From Bacillales bacterium (GTDB taxonomy: Bacteria > Bacillota_I > Bacilli_A > RFN20 > CAG-826), in NCBI GenBank assembly GCA_052171195.1, contig JBQMZB010000001.1:131323-195322 (forward strand): 64,000 nucleotides of DNA, in the 5' to 3' direction. Position 1 is the first letter of the stretch. Each line of letters begins with the position of its first letter. The position numbers were made by a program, and so were the translations under genes. Shown piece by piece: positions 1-8,897 of this stretch. The notes beneath the pieces were generated by a model. That model was not told the origin of the DNA, ran no database searches, and saw nothing but the letters and a program-made list of their open reading frames with translations.

Positions 1-54
1 ACTTAGAAATATTCTACTAATGGTAATTTTGGTTGGTAAATTAATTTTTTTCAT
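1..54 (-). CDS. Partial CDS (N-terminal 18 codons; rest lies beyond the window start): CDP-alcohol phosphatidyltransferase family, PgsA-like
   Basis: Minus-strand ATG at 54 opens a frame to the window edge, translating MKKINLPTKITISRIFLS. This matches the N-terminal NLPNxITxxRI motif of phosphatidylglycerophosphate synthases (compare B. subtilis PgsA MFNLPNKITLARI). Only 18 aa are visible. No SD is present; the start lies about 7 nt downstream of the rnpB 3' end. Confidence 0.4.
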   Translation of the reverse strand, partial: MKKINLPTKITISRIFLS

Positions 55-60
55 ATTTAT

Positions 61-407
61 TTAAGTGAGTATCAATTCGATAAGCCATGTTCTGTCGTAG
101 TACAATCATTAATCTAAGATTTCTCTTACCTAAATGCTTCATTTTGCATCTTTGGTTTCCCCTACCAATATTTGGGTTTCTTGCTTATGGAGTTTACCGC
201 GTTTCATCTTATAATTTCTTATAAGTTCGTCTCTGTGGCACTTTATATCTTCTAATCATAACATTTGTTTTAGACTTGAAGATGTCGTTACCAGCTCCCT
301 GGTACTTGGTCTTATTTATTAAACCAACATAATCACTACTTTCATCTCAGAAAGTGCAAGCATGGACTTTCCTCTAGTTTCCCAGCGATTGTATGAATTG
401 ATTATTT
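61..407 (-). ncRNA. rnpB: RNase P RNA (rnpB), Bacillus-like (type B)
   Basis: Locally GC-enriched, ORF-free stretch. The minus strand carries AGGAAAGTCCATGCTTGCAC (plus 354-373), the universally conserved P4 region. It also carries AAAGTGCCACAGAGACGAA, AACGCGGTAAAC, GAAACCCAAATATTGGTAGGGGAA and a 3' end ...ACAGAACATGGCTTATCGAATTGATACTCACTT. These align closely with B. subtilis rnpB as recalled from memory. The P1 5'/3' strands are complementary (ATCAATTC / GAATTGAT). Exact ends are within about 10 nt. Confidence 0.8.
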
Positions 408-752
408 TATTTTACTAGGATCTACACCTAATTCAAACAATTTACTTTCATATAAATTAATCTTTTTTAAAAGACTAATATTATCTAATCTGGTGAAATC
501 ATTAACTTTAAATGATTGCTTTGATTTTTTTTCATTTTCAGAAATAATTTCATCCTTCTCTTTTTGAAGAATTTCTATTTCTTTTTTGAGTCTGGAGATA
601 TTATTATTTAAATTTTCAACAATATTATCAATAACTTTATAATCATTAATAATATTATCTAAAAATAAATCTACCTCGTAAGCATCATAACCTTTAACGT
701 TTTTCTTAAATTGTTTGTTTAAAATATCTTTAGATGTTAATAAAAGTTTCAT
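402..752 (-). CDS. gpsB: GpsB/DivIVA-domain cell-division protein
   Basis: 116 aa. The N-terminal DivIVA/GpsB motif reads LTSKDILNKQFKKNVKGYDAYEVDLFLDNIINDY, followed by a coiled coil. It lies immediately upstream of rnpB, the conserved Bacillus gpsB-rnpB synteny. Confidence 0.65.
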   Translation of the reverse strand: MKLLLTSKDILNKQFKKNVKGYDAYEVDLFLDNIINDYKVIDNIVENLNNNISRLKKEIEILQKEKDEIISENEKKSKQSFKVNDFTRLDNISLLKKINLYESKLFELGVDPSKIK

Positions 753-839
753 TTTTTCAAAATTCCTAACGACATAATTATATAAGATATTGAATTATCT
801 TTCAAATAGATAGGAGGATTTAGGATTGAAAAGAAAATT

Positions 840-1580
840 GTGAAAATTTATAATTTTTACATGAAGAAAATTAATAATTTATTAAAAGACGCAAAAACTA
901 TAATTTTCTTTGATTTAGAAGGAACACAAACTAGTCAAGAAATTATTGCTATTGGAGCAATAAAATGTGTTTTAGATAATAAAAATCAAATTAAGAAAAT
1001 TTATCCAGGATTTAAAAAATATGTTAAATGTAATGGAGAAATAGGTCATATTATTGAAAAGTTAACAGGTATAACTGATGATTTGATTAATTCTCAAGGT
1101 ATATCATTTAATGAGATGTTTCAATTATTTGACGAATATATTGGTGATAAGGTTAATCTTAAATTTGTTTCTTATGGCAATTTTGATATGAGATTACTAA
1201 ATCAAACTATATTAGTAAATAATATGGTTAATAATCCATTATTTAATTACATTCAACAAAATTATATTGATTTTGCATTAATGTTTTATCAATATGTTAG
1301 AAATAATAATGGAACTCAACTTTCATTAGTGGATGCTTTAAGGATTTATAAAACTACCCCTGAAACAAATATTCATGATCCTTTAATTGACACTAAAAAT
1401 TTAATTCATTTATATAAAGCGTTTCTAAAACATAAGAAAATAACAATTGAAGAATATGAAAAAACATTAATAAATCATAAATCTTACCCTGAGCCTGTTA
1501 GAAAATTATTAATTAAACTTCGTGATGAAAAATCTATAAATTATAGCGATTTTATTAATTTCATCAAAGAAGATTTATGA
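840..1580 (+). CDS. DEDDh 3'-5' exonuclease (DnaQ/KapD-like)
   Basis: 246 aa. Exo I motif FFDLEGT, Exo II YGNFDMRLL and Exo III H-x4-D (NIHDPLID). The TGA stop overlaps the recU ATG in an ATGA junction. The start is uncertain (GTG 840 or ATG 861); AGGAGG sits at 813-818, farther upstream than usual. Confidence 0.6.
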   Translation: MKIYNFYMKKINNLLKDAKTIIFFDLEGTQTSQEIIAIGAIKCVLDNKNQIKKIYPGFKKYVKCNGEIGHIIEKLTGITDDLINSQGISFNEMFQLFDEYIGDKVNLKFVSYGNFDMRLLNQTILVNNMVNNPLFNYIQQNYIDFALMFYQYVRNNNGTQLSLVDALRIYKTTPETNIHDPLIDTKNLIHLYKAFLKHKKITIEEYEKTLINHKSYPEPVRKLLIKLRDEKSINYSDFINFIKEDL

Positions 1581-2137
1581 CAAATAAACAAATTTCGACT
1601 TACGGAAATAGAGGGATGGCTTTAGAAAGTTGCATTAATAAAACAAATCTTTATTATAAAGAAAAAAATATTGCTTTAATTTATAAAAAACCAACACCAA
1701 TTAAAGTCATTAACACAAAAAATGGACGCATTACAAGGGCTTTCTTTTTGAATAAATCAACTACAGATTACAATGGTGTTTACAAAGGATATTATTTAGA
1801 TTTTGAGGCCAAATCTACTAGATGTAAAACTTCTTGGTCTTTAAACAATATACCTAAATGGCAAATAGATCACTTTAATAAAGTCTTAAATCAAAAGGGT
1901 ATTCCATTTATAATTTTAGATTTTGTTACTCTTAAAAAAATATATTTGTTGCCATTTGAAAATTTAAAAGATTTTATAAAAAATAATAATAGAAAATCAA
2001 TACCTGTAGATTATCTAAATAATAATTGTTATTTAATTAATAGAAATAACGATGATATTCTTGATTTCTTAAATATTATTGATAATTTTTACGATAGTAA
2101 GAACAATACTTTTTTAAATAACAATCTTCACATCTAG
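1577..2137 (+). CDS. recU: Holliday junction resolvase RecU
   Basis: 186 aa. Begins YGNRGMALESCINKTNLYYKEK and carries NGVYKGYYLDFEAKST, the RecU catalytic-core signature. Confidence 0.85.
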   Translation: MTNKQISTYGNRGMALESCINKTNLYYKEKNIALIYKKPTPIKVINTKNGRITRAFFLNKSTTDYNGVYKGYYLDFEAKSTRCKTSWSLNNIPKWQIDHFNKVLNQKGIPFIILDFVTLKKIYLLPFENLKDFIKNNNRKSIPVDYLNNNCYLINRNNDDILDFLNIIDNFYDSKNNTFLNNNLHI

Positions 2138-2711
2138 GATTAATAGCTTTACATTGTTCTCTTCCAAAAAATATTATTTGATGATGAAGATTAATCCAAT
2201 TTTCTTTTGGAAATATTTCTCTTAACTTATTTTCAATAGTTAAAACATCATCAGTTTCATTAACAAGATCTAGTCTTTTTGAAATTCTTTTAATATGAGT
2301 ATCAACAGGAAATTCAGGTATCTTAAACCATTCAATAAGAAAAACATTAGCGGTTTTATTTCCAACTCCAGGTAAACTCATAATTTCTTTTTTATTATTA
2401 GATACTTTACCATGAAATTTAAATATTAAATCATGTACTATATTCTTAAGATAAATACTTTTATTCTTATAAAGTCCTAATGGTTTAAGAAAACCTTCTA
2501 TTTCTTCTAAAGATAACTTATTTATTTCATCTAAATTTTTATATTTACTAAAAAATAAGTCAGTTACTTGATTAACTTTTTTGTCGCTACATTGAGCGGA
2601 AAGCATAATAGCTATTAATAATGAATAATCAGTTGTGTAATTTAAACTGCATTTAACATGAGAATAATTTAAATTAAAAAAATTAATTATATCATTAGTT
2701 TTTTTATTCAT
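2076..2711 (-). CDS. nth: Endonuclease III (Nth), 4Fe-4S DNA glycosylase
   Basis: HhH-GPD motif LPGVGNKTANV and C-terminal C-x6-C-x2-C-x5-C cluster (CKAINPRCEDCYLKKYC). The start is moved to the internal MNKK at 2711 to match the E. coli/Bacillus Nth N-terminus. This gives an 8-nt overlap with the dnaD-like stop. The track ORF starting at 2801 would overlap dnaD by 98 nt. Confidence 0.8.
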   Translation of the reverse strand: MNKKTNDIINFFNLNYSHVKCSLNYTTDYSLLIAIMLSAQCSDKKVNQVTDLFFSKYKNLDEINKLSLEEIEGFLKPLGLYKNKSIYLKNIVHDLIFKFHGKVSNNKKEIMSLPGVGNKTANVFLIEWFKIPEFPVDTHIKRISKRLDLVNETDDVLTIENKLREIFPKENWINLHHQIIFFGREQCKAINPRCEDCYLKKYCSYYRKNYQ

Positions 2712-3270
2712 TGAAATAATTTTTTTGAGTCCTTTTATAAATCGCGTTATTAAAATCATCCATTGTGAGAGTTTTATTTTCAACACAATCTTTAATTGCA
2801 TTTTCTATTAATTTAAAATTAATATCATGGCACACCCATCCCTCAATAAATGATATTTCGATAGGATTTAATGGTCTATTATATACATCTTCGATAATAC
2901 AAGATATTTTTTCTCTTAATTCGTTTTTCTTATTATCATTTTTAATTTCTTCTTCGTTAAGAATCTTTTCTTTAACTTTGTTATATAAAATAGAATTTAA
3001 TGGTTTTAAATTAATTTTGTGATCTACTCCATCTATATCAAAATTAATATAATTTTTTTTATATAAATTAGTTAAGATACTATCAATAACTACAGAGTCT
3101 AAATTCATTTTAGTTTTTAATAATTCAATAGTAATTAATTTAATTCTTTGTTTTATAAAATGGTCTATCATTAAGATAACGGATAATTCACTTTCTTGAA
3201 TATTTAATTCTTTATAATATTCTAGAAGTAAATCTATAAAATCAAGACCATATAAATTTAAATTATTCAT
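2704..3270 (-). CDS. DnaD-domain replication initiation/primosome protein (DnaD-like)
   Basis: 188 aa. It sits directly upstream of nth, as in the Bacillus dnaD-nth operon. Its helical N-terminal domain and C-terminal region (..EGWVCHDINFKLIENAIKDC..) are consistent with the DnaD family. Similarity is judged by eye only. Confidence 0.4.
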   Translation of the reverse strand: MNNLNLYGLDFIDLLLEYYKELNIQESELSVILMIDHFIKQRIKLITIELLKTKMNLDSVVIDSILTNLYKKNYINFDIDGVDHKINLKPLNSILYNKVKEKILNEEEIKNDNKKNELREKISCIIEDVYNRPLNPIEISFIEGWVCHDINFKLIENAIKDCVENKTLTMDDFNNAIYKRTQKNYFNE

Positions 3271-3886
3271 TATTTTTCTCCTTAATTACATTTATTTTTC
3301 TAAGTTCTTCATTAACCTTTTCAATATTAAGTTTTTTAATTAAATTTAAGTTATCATTAAGTATCTTAATATCTTCATCATTCATTTTTAAATTATAAAC
3401 ACTCATGAATCGTTTAGCACGTAATATTCTTAAAGGGTCTTCTTTAATTCTTGTTAATGTATCTCCAATAAATTTTAATCTTTCTTCTCTTAAATCATTT
3501 AATCCATTAGTAGGGTCTATAATATTATAATTTTCATCTATATAGATTGCATTAATTGTAAAATCTCTTCTTAAATAATCATCATAAATATTATTAGAAA
3601 ACTCTATTTTATTTGGATGTCTATAATCTTCATAATTAGATTCTTTTCTAAATGTAACAATATCAATTTTATAACCTTCATAATTTAATTTTAAAACACC
3701 ATATTTTTTAAAACTTGTATCACAATCTAAAAACTTTAAGATTTCATCAGGAGTAGCATCAGTTACAAAATCATAATCTGTTATTTTATAGTTTAATAAA
3801 TAATCCCTACTTGTTCCACCAACCATGTATAATTTATGAGAAAAACTATTAAATATTTTAGAAAAATGGTTAAAAATTAAATCCAT
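3263..3886 (-). CDS. Class II tRNA nucleotidyltransferase (CCA-adding enzyme family), head-and-neck portion only
   Basis: 207 aa with the MVGGTSRDYLL (GGxxRD) and RRDFTINA motifs of class II CCA/poly(A) polymerases. It stops at about half the length of a canonical ~400-aa CCA enzyme and is immediately followed by dnaD (8-nt overlap). Confidence 0.55.
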   Translation of the reverse strand: MDLIFNHFSKIFNSFSHKLYMVGGTSRDYLLNYKITDYDFVTDATPDEILKFLDCDTSFKKYGVLKLNYEGYKIDIVTFRKESNYEDYRHPNKIEFSNNIYDDYLRRDFTINAIYIDENYNIIDPTNGLNDLREERLKFIGDTLTRIKEDPLRILRAKRFMSVYNLKMNDEDIKILNDNLNLIKKLNIEKVNEELRKINVIKEKNNE

Positions 3887-3901
3887 AATTAGATTATAAA
3901 A

Positions 3902-3941
3902 TAAAAAAATGTTAAGTTTAATATTTTTTTAAACTTAACAT
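3902..3941 (-). terminator. Rho-independent terminator after hup (bidirectional-capable)
   Basis: Perfect 13-bp inverted repeat ATGTTAAGTTTAA / TTAAACTTAACAT (3909-3921 / 3929-3941) with a 7-nt loop. It is flanked by an A-run on plus, which reads as a U-run on minus. Confidence 0.55.
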
Positions 3942-3951
3942 TAATTTTAAA

Positions 3952-4233
3952 TTAATCGATGTTTTTTAAATTAGTAGATGCTTTAAATTTTACTACCTTA
4001 GCTTCAGGTATAACAAGTCTTTGATGAGTTTTTGGGTGAGTTCCTACTCTCTCTTTTTGGGTTTTAACTGAAAATACTCCAAAACCTGTTAATTTAATAT
4101 TTCCATGTTTTTTTAATGTTGATTCCATTTCATCTAAAAATGTGTTAATAACAAGTTCAGTATCTTTTTTTGTAAAACCAACTTTTGCGCTTACTAATTC
4201 GATTAATTCAGCTTTGTTTTTATTATTTTTCAT
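3952..4233 (-). CDS. hup: DNA-binding protein HU
   Basis: 93 aa. Carries ..KAELIELVSAKVGFTKKD..GFGVFSVKTQKERVGTHPKT.. with the typical HU arm. RBS GGAGATATACTC lies ahead of the ATG. Confidence 0.85.
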   Translation of the reverse strand: MKNNKNKAELIELVSAKVGFTKKDTELVINTFLDEMESTLKKHGNIKLTGFGVFSVKTQKERVGTHPKTHQRLVIPEAKVVKFKASTNLKNID

Positions 4234-4286
4234 GAGTATATCTCCTGTAACCTAATAATATTATAACATAAAATAAAATCAAGATA

Positions 4287-5588
4287 TTATTTTCTTTTTC
4301 TTAATACTATATTTATAGGGCTTCCAATTAGCTCAAATGATTTTCTTATATTATTTTCTATATACCTAAGATAAGAAAAATGCATCCAATTAGGGTCATT
4401 AACAAATAACGCTATAGTAACTGGTTTATTTTTAATTTGTTGAGAATAATAAATTTTTATTCTTCCTCCATTAAAATTTGGAGTTTCATTCATTAATTGC
4501 GCGTTATGCACAATTTCATTTAAAGAAGAGGTTTTTATGTTATATGTATAAGATTCATAAACCTTATCGATAGTTTTAATTATTTCATCAGTATTTTTAT
4601 GTTTTACTGCTGAAGTAAATAATATTGGAGCATAATCTAAAAATTTAAATTCTTTTCTAAGTTTTTCAATAAATTCATCTTTATTTAATTTATTCGAAAC
4701 TAAATCCCATTTATTTACTATAACAATAATAGCTTTTTTATTTTCAATTGCATATCCTACCACATGTTTATCTTGTTCAATTATTCCATCATTAGCATCT
4801 ATAACTAATAAACATATATCACTATTTTCAATAGCTTTTAATGCTCTTATGGCAGCGAATTTATCAACTGATTCATATATTTTGCCGCGTTTTTTAAGAC
4901 CGGCAGTATCTATAATGGTATAATTGTTATCATTATATTTAAAAGATGTATCTATTGAATCTCTTGTAGTTCCTGAGATATTAGAAACAATAGTTCTTTC
5001 TTCTTTTAAAATAGCATTTGTTAGTGAAGACTTACCAACATTAGGTCTACCAATAAGTGAAAATTTTATTGATTCTTCGATAATACTTTTATCTTCAGGT
5101 AAAGATTTTACTATATCATCTAATATATCACCAATACCTATACCATGTGCACCACTAACAGCAATAGGTTCACCAATACCTAAAGCATAGAAATCATAAA
5201 TATTAGAAAGCATTTCCTTATTATCAATCTTATTTACTGCTAAAACTACTGGTTTATTACTATCTCTTAATATTTTAGCAACAAGTCTATCATCATTAGT
5301 TACACCAATTTTACCATCACAAACAAATAATATTACATCGGCTTCATCAATAGCTATTTGTGCTTGAATTCTTATTTGTTCTTGAAATGGAGCGTTTTCT
5401 ATCTCAATTCCACCTGTATCAATGCATACAAAATCTTTAGTAAGCCAATTTGCTTTACCATAAATTCTATCTCGTGTAATTCCTCTTTCTTCTTCAGTAA
5501 TAGATTTTTTTTCTCCAATAATTCTATTAAATATCGTAGATTTACCGGTTGAAGGAGAACCAACTAAAGCAACATAACCTACACTCAT
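4287..5588 (-). CDS. der: GTPase Der (EngA), ribosome-assembly GTPase
   Basis: 433 aa. Two G-domains (GSPSTGKST and GRPNVGKSS P-loops, DTGG/DTAG, NKxD) plus a C-terminal KH-like domain. Confidence 0.9.
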   Translation of the reverse strand: MSVGYVALVGSPSTGKSTIFNRIIGEKKSITEEERGITRDRIYGKANWLTKDFVCIDTGGIEIENAPFQEQIRIQAQIAIDEADVILFVCDGKIGVTNDDRLVAKILRDSNKPVVLAVNKIDNKEMLSNIYDFYALGIGEPIAVSGAHGIGIGDILDDIVKSLPEDKSIIEESIKFSLIGRPNVGKSSLTNAILKEERTIVSNISGTTRDSIDTSFKYNDNNYTIIDTAGLKKRGKIYESVDKFAAIRALKAIENSDICLLVIDANDGIIEQDKHVVGYAIENKKAIIVIVNKWDLVSNKLNKDEFIEKLRKEFKFLDYAPILFTSAVKHKNTDEIIKTIDKVYESYTYNIKTSSLNEIVHNAQLMNETPNFNGGRIKIYYSQQIKNKPVTIALFVNDPNWMHFSYLRYIENNIRKSFELIGSPINIVLRKRK

Positions 5589-6253
5589 TTACTTATTCCT
5601 TTGTTTTTAAGTATATTCAAAATATGATCAACAACTTCATAAATTTTCATATGAGTTGTATCAATTTTAATACTATCCTCAGCTGGTTTTAATGGTGCAA
5701 AAGATCTATTAGAATCTATAAAATCTCTTTTTTTAATATTACTTAAACATTCTTCGAATGTAGTCGAAATACCTTTTTCTAAATTTTCCATATATCTTCT
5801 TCTAGCTCTTTCTTCTACATCGGCTATTTGGAAAAATTTAACTGTTGCGTTTGGTAAAACATAAGTTCCAATATCTCTTCCATCCATAATAACATTTCTT
5901 CCCGCTGCTAATTCTTTTTGAAGTTCAACAAGAAACAATCTTATATTTTTATAACTAGAAATATAACTTACGTTATCAGCTACTTCATTACTTCTAACAA
6001 TTAAAGAGACATCTTCACCATCTAAAGTAACTTTATTTTCACTATTAAAAGAAATGCTAATTTTGCCAATTAAACTTTCGCATTCTTTTTCATTTTTGCA
6101 GTCTAAATTATTTCTTAATACTGCTAATGTATATGCTCTATACATAGCACCTGTATCGATATATAAAAATGATAATTCAGTAGCTAAAATTTTAGCAATC
6201 GTGGATTTTCCACTTGCGGAAGGGCCATCCAAAGCAATACTAATATAATCCAT
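5585..6253 (-). CDS. cmk: Cytidylate kinase
   Basis: 222 aa. P-loop IALDGPSASGKST and the Cmk-specific body. It overlaps the der start by 4 nt. Confidence 0.85.
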   Translation of the reverse strand: MDYISIALDGPSASGKSTIAKILATELSFLYIDTGAMYRAYTLAVLRNNLDCKNEKECESLIGKISISFNSENKVTLDGEDVSLIVRSNEVADNVSYISSYKNIRLFLVELQKELAAGRNVIMDGRDIGTYVLPNATVKFFQIADVEERARRRYMENLEKGISTTFEECLSNIKKRDFIDSNRSFAPLKPAEDSIKIDTTHMKIYEVVDHILNILKNKGISK

Positions 6254-6254
6254 A

Positions 6255-6596
6255 TTATCTGCCCTTAGCCATTAACACAATGACTATAATAACTAAAACT
6301 ATAATTGCTAACCCCGCTACTCCATATAAAATATTTTTAATCAAATTATTTCGTTGATATTTTTTAAATAATGGGGAAATTTTAACATTATTACTACCCA
6401 TAGTTCTTTGACTATGTGTTTCAAGAGGGACTGTATCTATTTTATCATTAATATTTATAGGAATAGTTTTTGTTCGACCATGTCTAAAATTTTCTTTATT
6501 AAGATCAACAGCGCTTGTATCATGCATTCCTTGAATTTCTTCTCTTAACTTACTATATTTACTAATTCTTGATGTATCGTTTCTATTTTTTTCCAT
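6255..6596 (-). CDS. Hypothetical tail-anchored membrane protein
   Basis: 113 aa. Basic/polar N-terminal part and a single C-terminal TM (GVAGLAIIVLVIIVIVLMA). No recognisable domain. Confidence 0.35.
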   Translation of the reverse strand: MEKNRNDTSRISKYSKLREEIQGMHDTSAVDLNKENFRHGRTKTIPININDKIDTVPLETHSQRTMGSNNVKISPLFKKYQRNNLIKNILYGVAGLAIIVLVIIVIVLMAKGR

Positions 6597-6641
6597 ATAA
6601 TAATATTAACATAAATGTAATAAAAATTAATTAAAAAATAT

Positions 6642-7475
6642 TTATGAATCTATATTTATCTTATTTTTTCTTATTAATTTTTCTAAATGTTTTAAAGCTT
6701 TATCTCTTTCGTAATTATTTTCAAATATTAAAATAATTTTATTATCTTTAATTTTGAAACCTTTTCTTGTTTTTTTATTATTTTTTAAGTTATTAACTAA
6801 ATTTTCAGTTTCTCTAACGCTTAGATTTTCATTAATAATTCGGTTTATAACATAGTTTATATTTTCTTCATTTAATCTTTCAAAAGCTTTAACATGTCCA
6901 TAAGATAAATTATGTAATTTAATTAAATCAATAATTTCTGGGTTCAAAGAATTTATTTTAACTATATTAGAAACTTGTCCTTCAGAAATTTTAAAAAAAT
7001 TGGATATATCTTTGTTTTTGAAATTTAAGATATTCCTAAGATAATTAAATAATTGGCATTTAATTAAAAAGTTATCAGGATACATTTCCTTAACAGCATA
7101 ACTTATTGAAAGTAAAGCTTCTTCATCTGTTAAATTTTTAACAATACATCTAACATGAGGAATATTGTTTTTTTTACAAAAATAAAAAATATTCCTACCT
7201 AAAATAATTTCATATTTGTTTTTTATATTTCTTACAATTAATGGTTGATATATTTCATCTTTAATAATTGAGTCTGAAAAATCATCGAAATTATTACTTA
7301 ATGAACTACTTAAATCAAAGATAGGTTCACAAATTTCGTTGATATCTATTAAAGAAATACTTTCTTTTTTATAATAGTGTTCAATATTTATTTCATCATT
7401 ATTATTGAGATAACTTTTAAGCAAACTTTCAAGTTCTGACTTTAAAAAGTTTGTATTATCTTTTTTTCTATTCAT
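6642..7475 (-). CDS. ParB/Spo0J-like partition protein with a degenerate arginine box
   Basis: 277 aa. [33 protein letters not shown] aligns to the Spo0J segment PIVVR..YDIVAGERRFRAAKLAGL..IPAIV, and LSYGHVKAF aligns to LSMGHGRTL. Its start overlaps the parA stop by 8 nt. The GERRxRA motif is replaced by GRNIFYF. Confidence 0.6.
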   Translation of the reverse strand: MNRKKDNTNFLKSELESLLKSYLNNNDEINIEHYYKKESISLIDINEICEPIFDLSSSLSNNFDDFSDSIIKDEIYQPLIVRNIKNKYEIILGRNIFYFCKKNNIPHVRCIVKNLTDEEALLSISYAVKEMYPDNFLIKCQLFNYLRNILNFKNKDISNFFKISEGQVSNIVKINSLNPEIIDLIKLHNLSYGHVKAFERLNEENINYVINRIINENLSVRETENLVNNLKNNKKTRKGFKIKDNKIILIFENNYERDKALKHLEKLIRKNKINIDS

Positions 7476-8232
7476 GTTCCAAAACCTCTGCGGTTAATTT
7501 AAGATAGGCGCTACTTCCAGCGCTTGAAGGTCGATAATGAATAACAGGCATACCTAACGCACTAGCTTCACTTAATGAAATATTTCTAGGAATTTCTACA
7601 TTAAAAGTATTTTCTCTAAATAAGTTTCTAACTTGAGATGCGATTTCTTTTCCAAATTTTGATCTAGCTTCGATCATTGTTAATAAAAATCCTTCTATTT
7701 CTAGATCTTTATTAAATTTATTTTGAATATTTTTAACAGTAGAAAGAATTTGTGCTAATCCCTCCATAGCAAAAAATTCACATTGAACAGGTACCAATAC
7801 ACTATCAGCGGCAATTAAAGCATTTAAACATAAAATACCTAGTGTTGGAGGACAATCAATAATTATATAATCATATTTTTTTGAGATTGTTTTAATCATA
7901 TTTTTTAAAACAAATAAAGGCTCATAAGATTTTTGATTTATTTCATTTTCAATATTTGATAATTTCAAATTAGATGGTAATAAATCTAAGTTTTTAAAAG
8001 ATGTTTTTTTAATAATTTTATTAACGTCACAATCTAAAATTAAAGCATCAAATACATTTTTACTTATAATTGTAATATCTAAGCCTAATCCTCTACCTGA
8101 ATTACCTTGTGGATCTAAATCTATTAATAAAACTTTTTTATTATTTACTGCTAAGCCAGCACTTAAATTAATTGCGGTTGTTGTTTTACCAACACCACCT
8201 TTTTGGTTAGCAATTGCGATAATTTTACTCAT
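7468..8232 (-). CDS. parA: ParA/Soj chromosome-partitioning ATPase
   Basis: 254 aa. Deviant Walker [14 protein letters not shown] and ParA/MinD fold motifs. Confidence 0.85.
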   Translation of the reverse strand: MSKIIAIANQKGGVGKTTTAINLSAGLAVNNKKVLLIDLDPQGNSGRGLGLDITIISKNVFDALILDCDVNKIIKKTSFKNLDLLPSNLKLSNIENEINQKSYEPLFVLKNMIKTISKKYDYIIIDCPPTLGILCLNALIAADSVLVPVQCEFFAMEGLAQILSTVKNIQNKFNKDLEIEGFLLTMIEARSKFGKEIASQVRNLFRENTFNVEIPRNISLSEASALGMPVIHYRPSSAGSSAYLKLTAEVLEHE

Positions 8233-8897
8233 TATAATGGCCTCTTTTTAATTTGTGAAAAATTTCGTGGAAACTTCTTCCTAGTTTCTGCTGTTTTTTT
8301 AAATATCAAATTATATCTATTTTCTTTTGATATTGGAAGTATTTTATCTTGGGTGGTAATTAAATTTAAGTGCATAACTTTTAACGCGTTTTTACTTAAA
8401 TCTAATTCATCCTTATATTTAATACCCTTATATGATAACAAAAAACCATCTTTTTTAATATACGGAGTTGAAAATTCGATAAGAATTGGTAGCGATGAAA
8501 CAGCTCTAGACATGACGATATCAAAAGATTCTCTTTCATCATTTTTAATATCCTCAGCTCTTTTATTTAGGATGGCAACGTTATTTAATTCGAGTTTTTT
8601 AATAACTTCTTCGAGAAATATTGTTCTTTTTTTTAGAGTTTCGATTAAAGTAAAATGAGCATTAGGATATAAAATAGCTAATGGAATACCAGGAAAACCA
8701 GCACCACTTCCAATATCTAATACTTTTTTATCGTTAAAATCTATAGCCAAACTAGGAATAACAGAATCATAAAAATGCTTATCTATAAATTCGTTTTCAT
8801 CAGTTATAGAAGTTAAATTCATAACTTTGTTTTTTTCTATAACTAAATTCATGTATTCATTTAATTTATTTTTAGCATTAATATATTCGTTTATCAT
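8232..8897 (-). CDS. rsmG: 16S rRNA m7G527 methyltransferase RsmG (GidB)
   Basis: 221 aa. SAM motif [16 protein letters not shown]. It sits in the conserved position between mnmG and parA. Confidence 0.85.
   Translation of the reverse strand: MINEYINAKNKLNEYMNLVIEKNKVMNLTSITDENEFIDKHFYDSVIPSLAIDFNDKKVLDIGSGAGFPGIPLAILYPNAHFTLIETLKKRTIFLEEVIKKLELNNVAILNKRAEDIKNDERESFDIVMSRAVSSLPILIEFSTPYIKKDGFLLSYKGIKYKDELDLSKNALKVMHLNLITTQDKILPISKENRYNLIFKKTAETRKKFPRNFSQIKKRPL

Noticed and set aside
2712-2801. Track ORF start of nth at 2801 (98-nt overlap with dnaD)
   Set aside because: The internal Met (MNKK.., 2711) reproduces the canonical Nth N-terminus and gives a typical 8-nt ATGA-type overlap. The 30 upstream codons are most likely untranslated open frame.
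4924-5190. Short opposite-strand ORFs overlapping well-supported genes (e.g. 4924-5190, 5358-5552, 6054-6248, 8203-8658, 10512-10730, 13607-13792, 15924-16190, 24513-24935, 31739-32046, 32907-33131, 51298-51600, 59399-59668, 60050-60454, 61814-62077, 63124-63438)
   Set aside because: All lie antisense to, or inside, strongly conserved genes. They lack SDs and show low-complexity, codon-mirror composition. They are treated as spurious.
6597-8232. parS site (TGTTNCACGTGAAACA) near parAB
   Set aside because: I searched by eye in and around the par genes and the intergenic regions and found no match. Absence in 64 kb does not exclude sites elsewhere.
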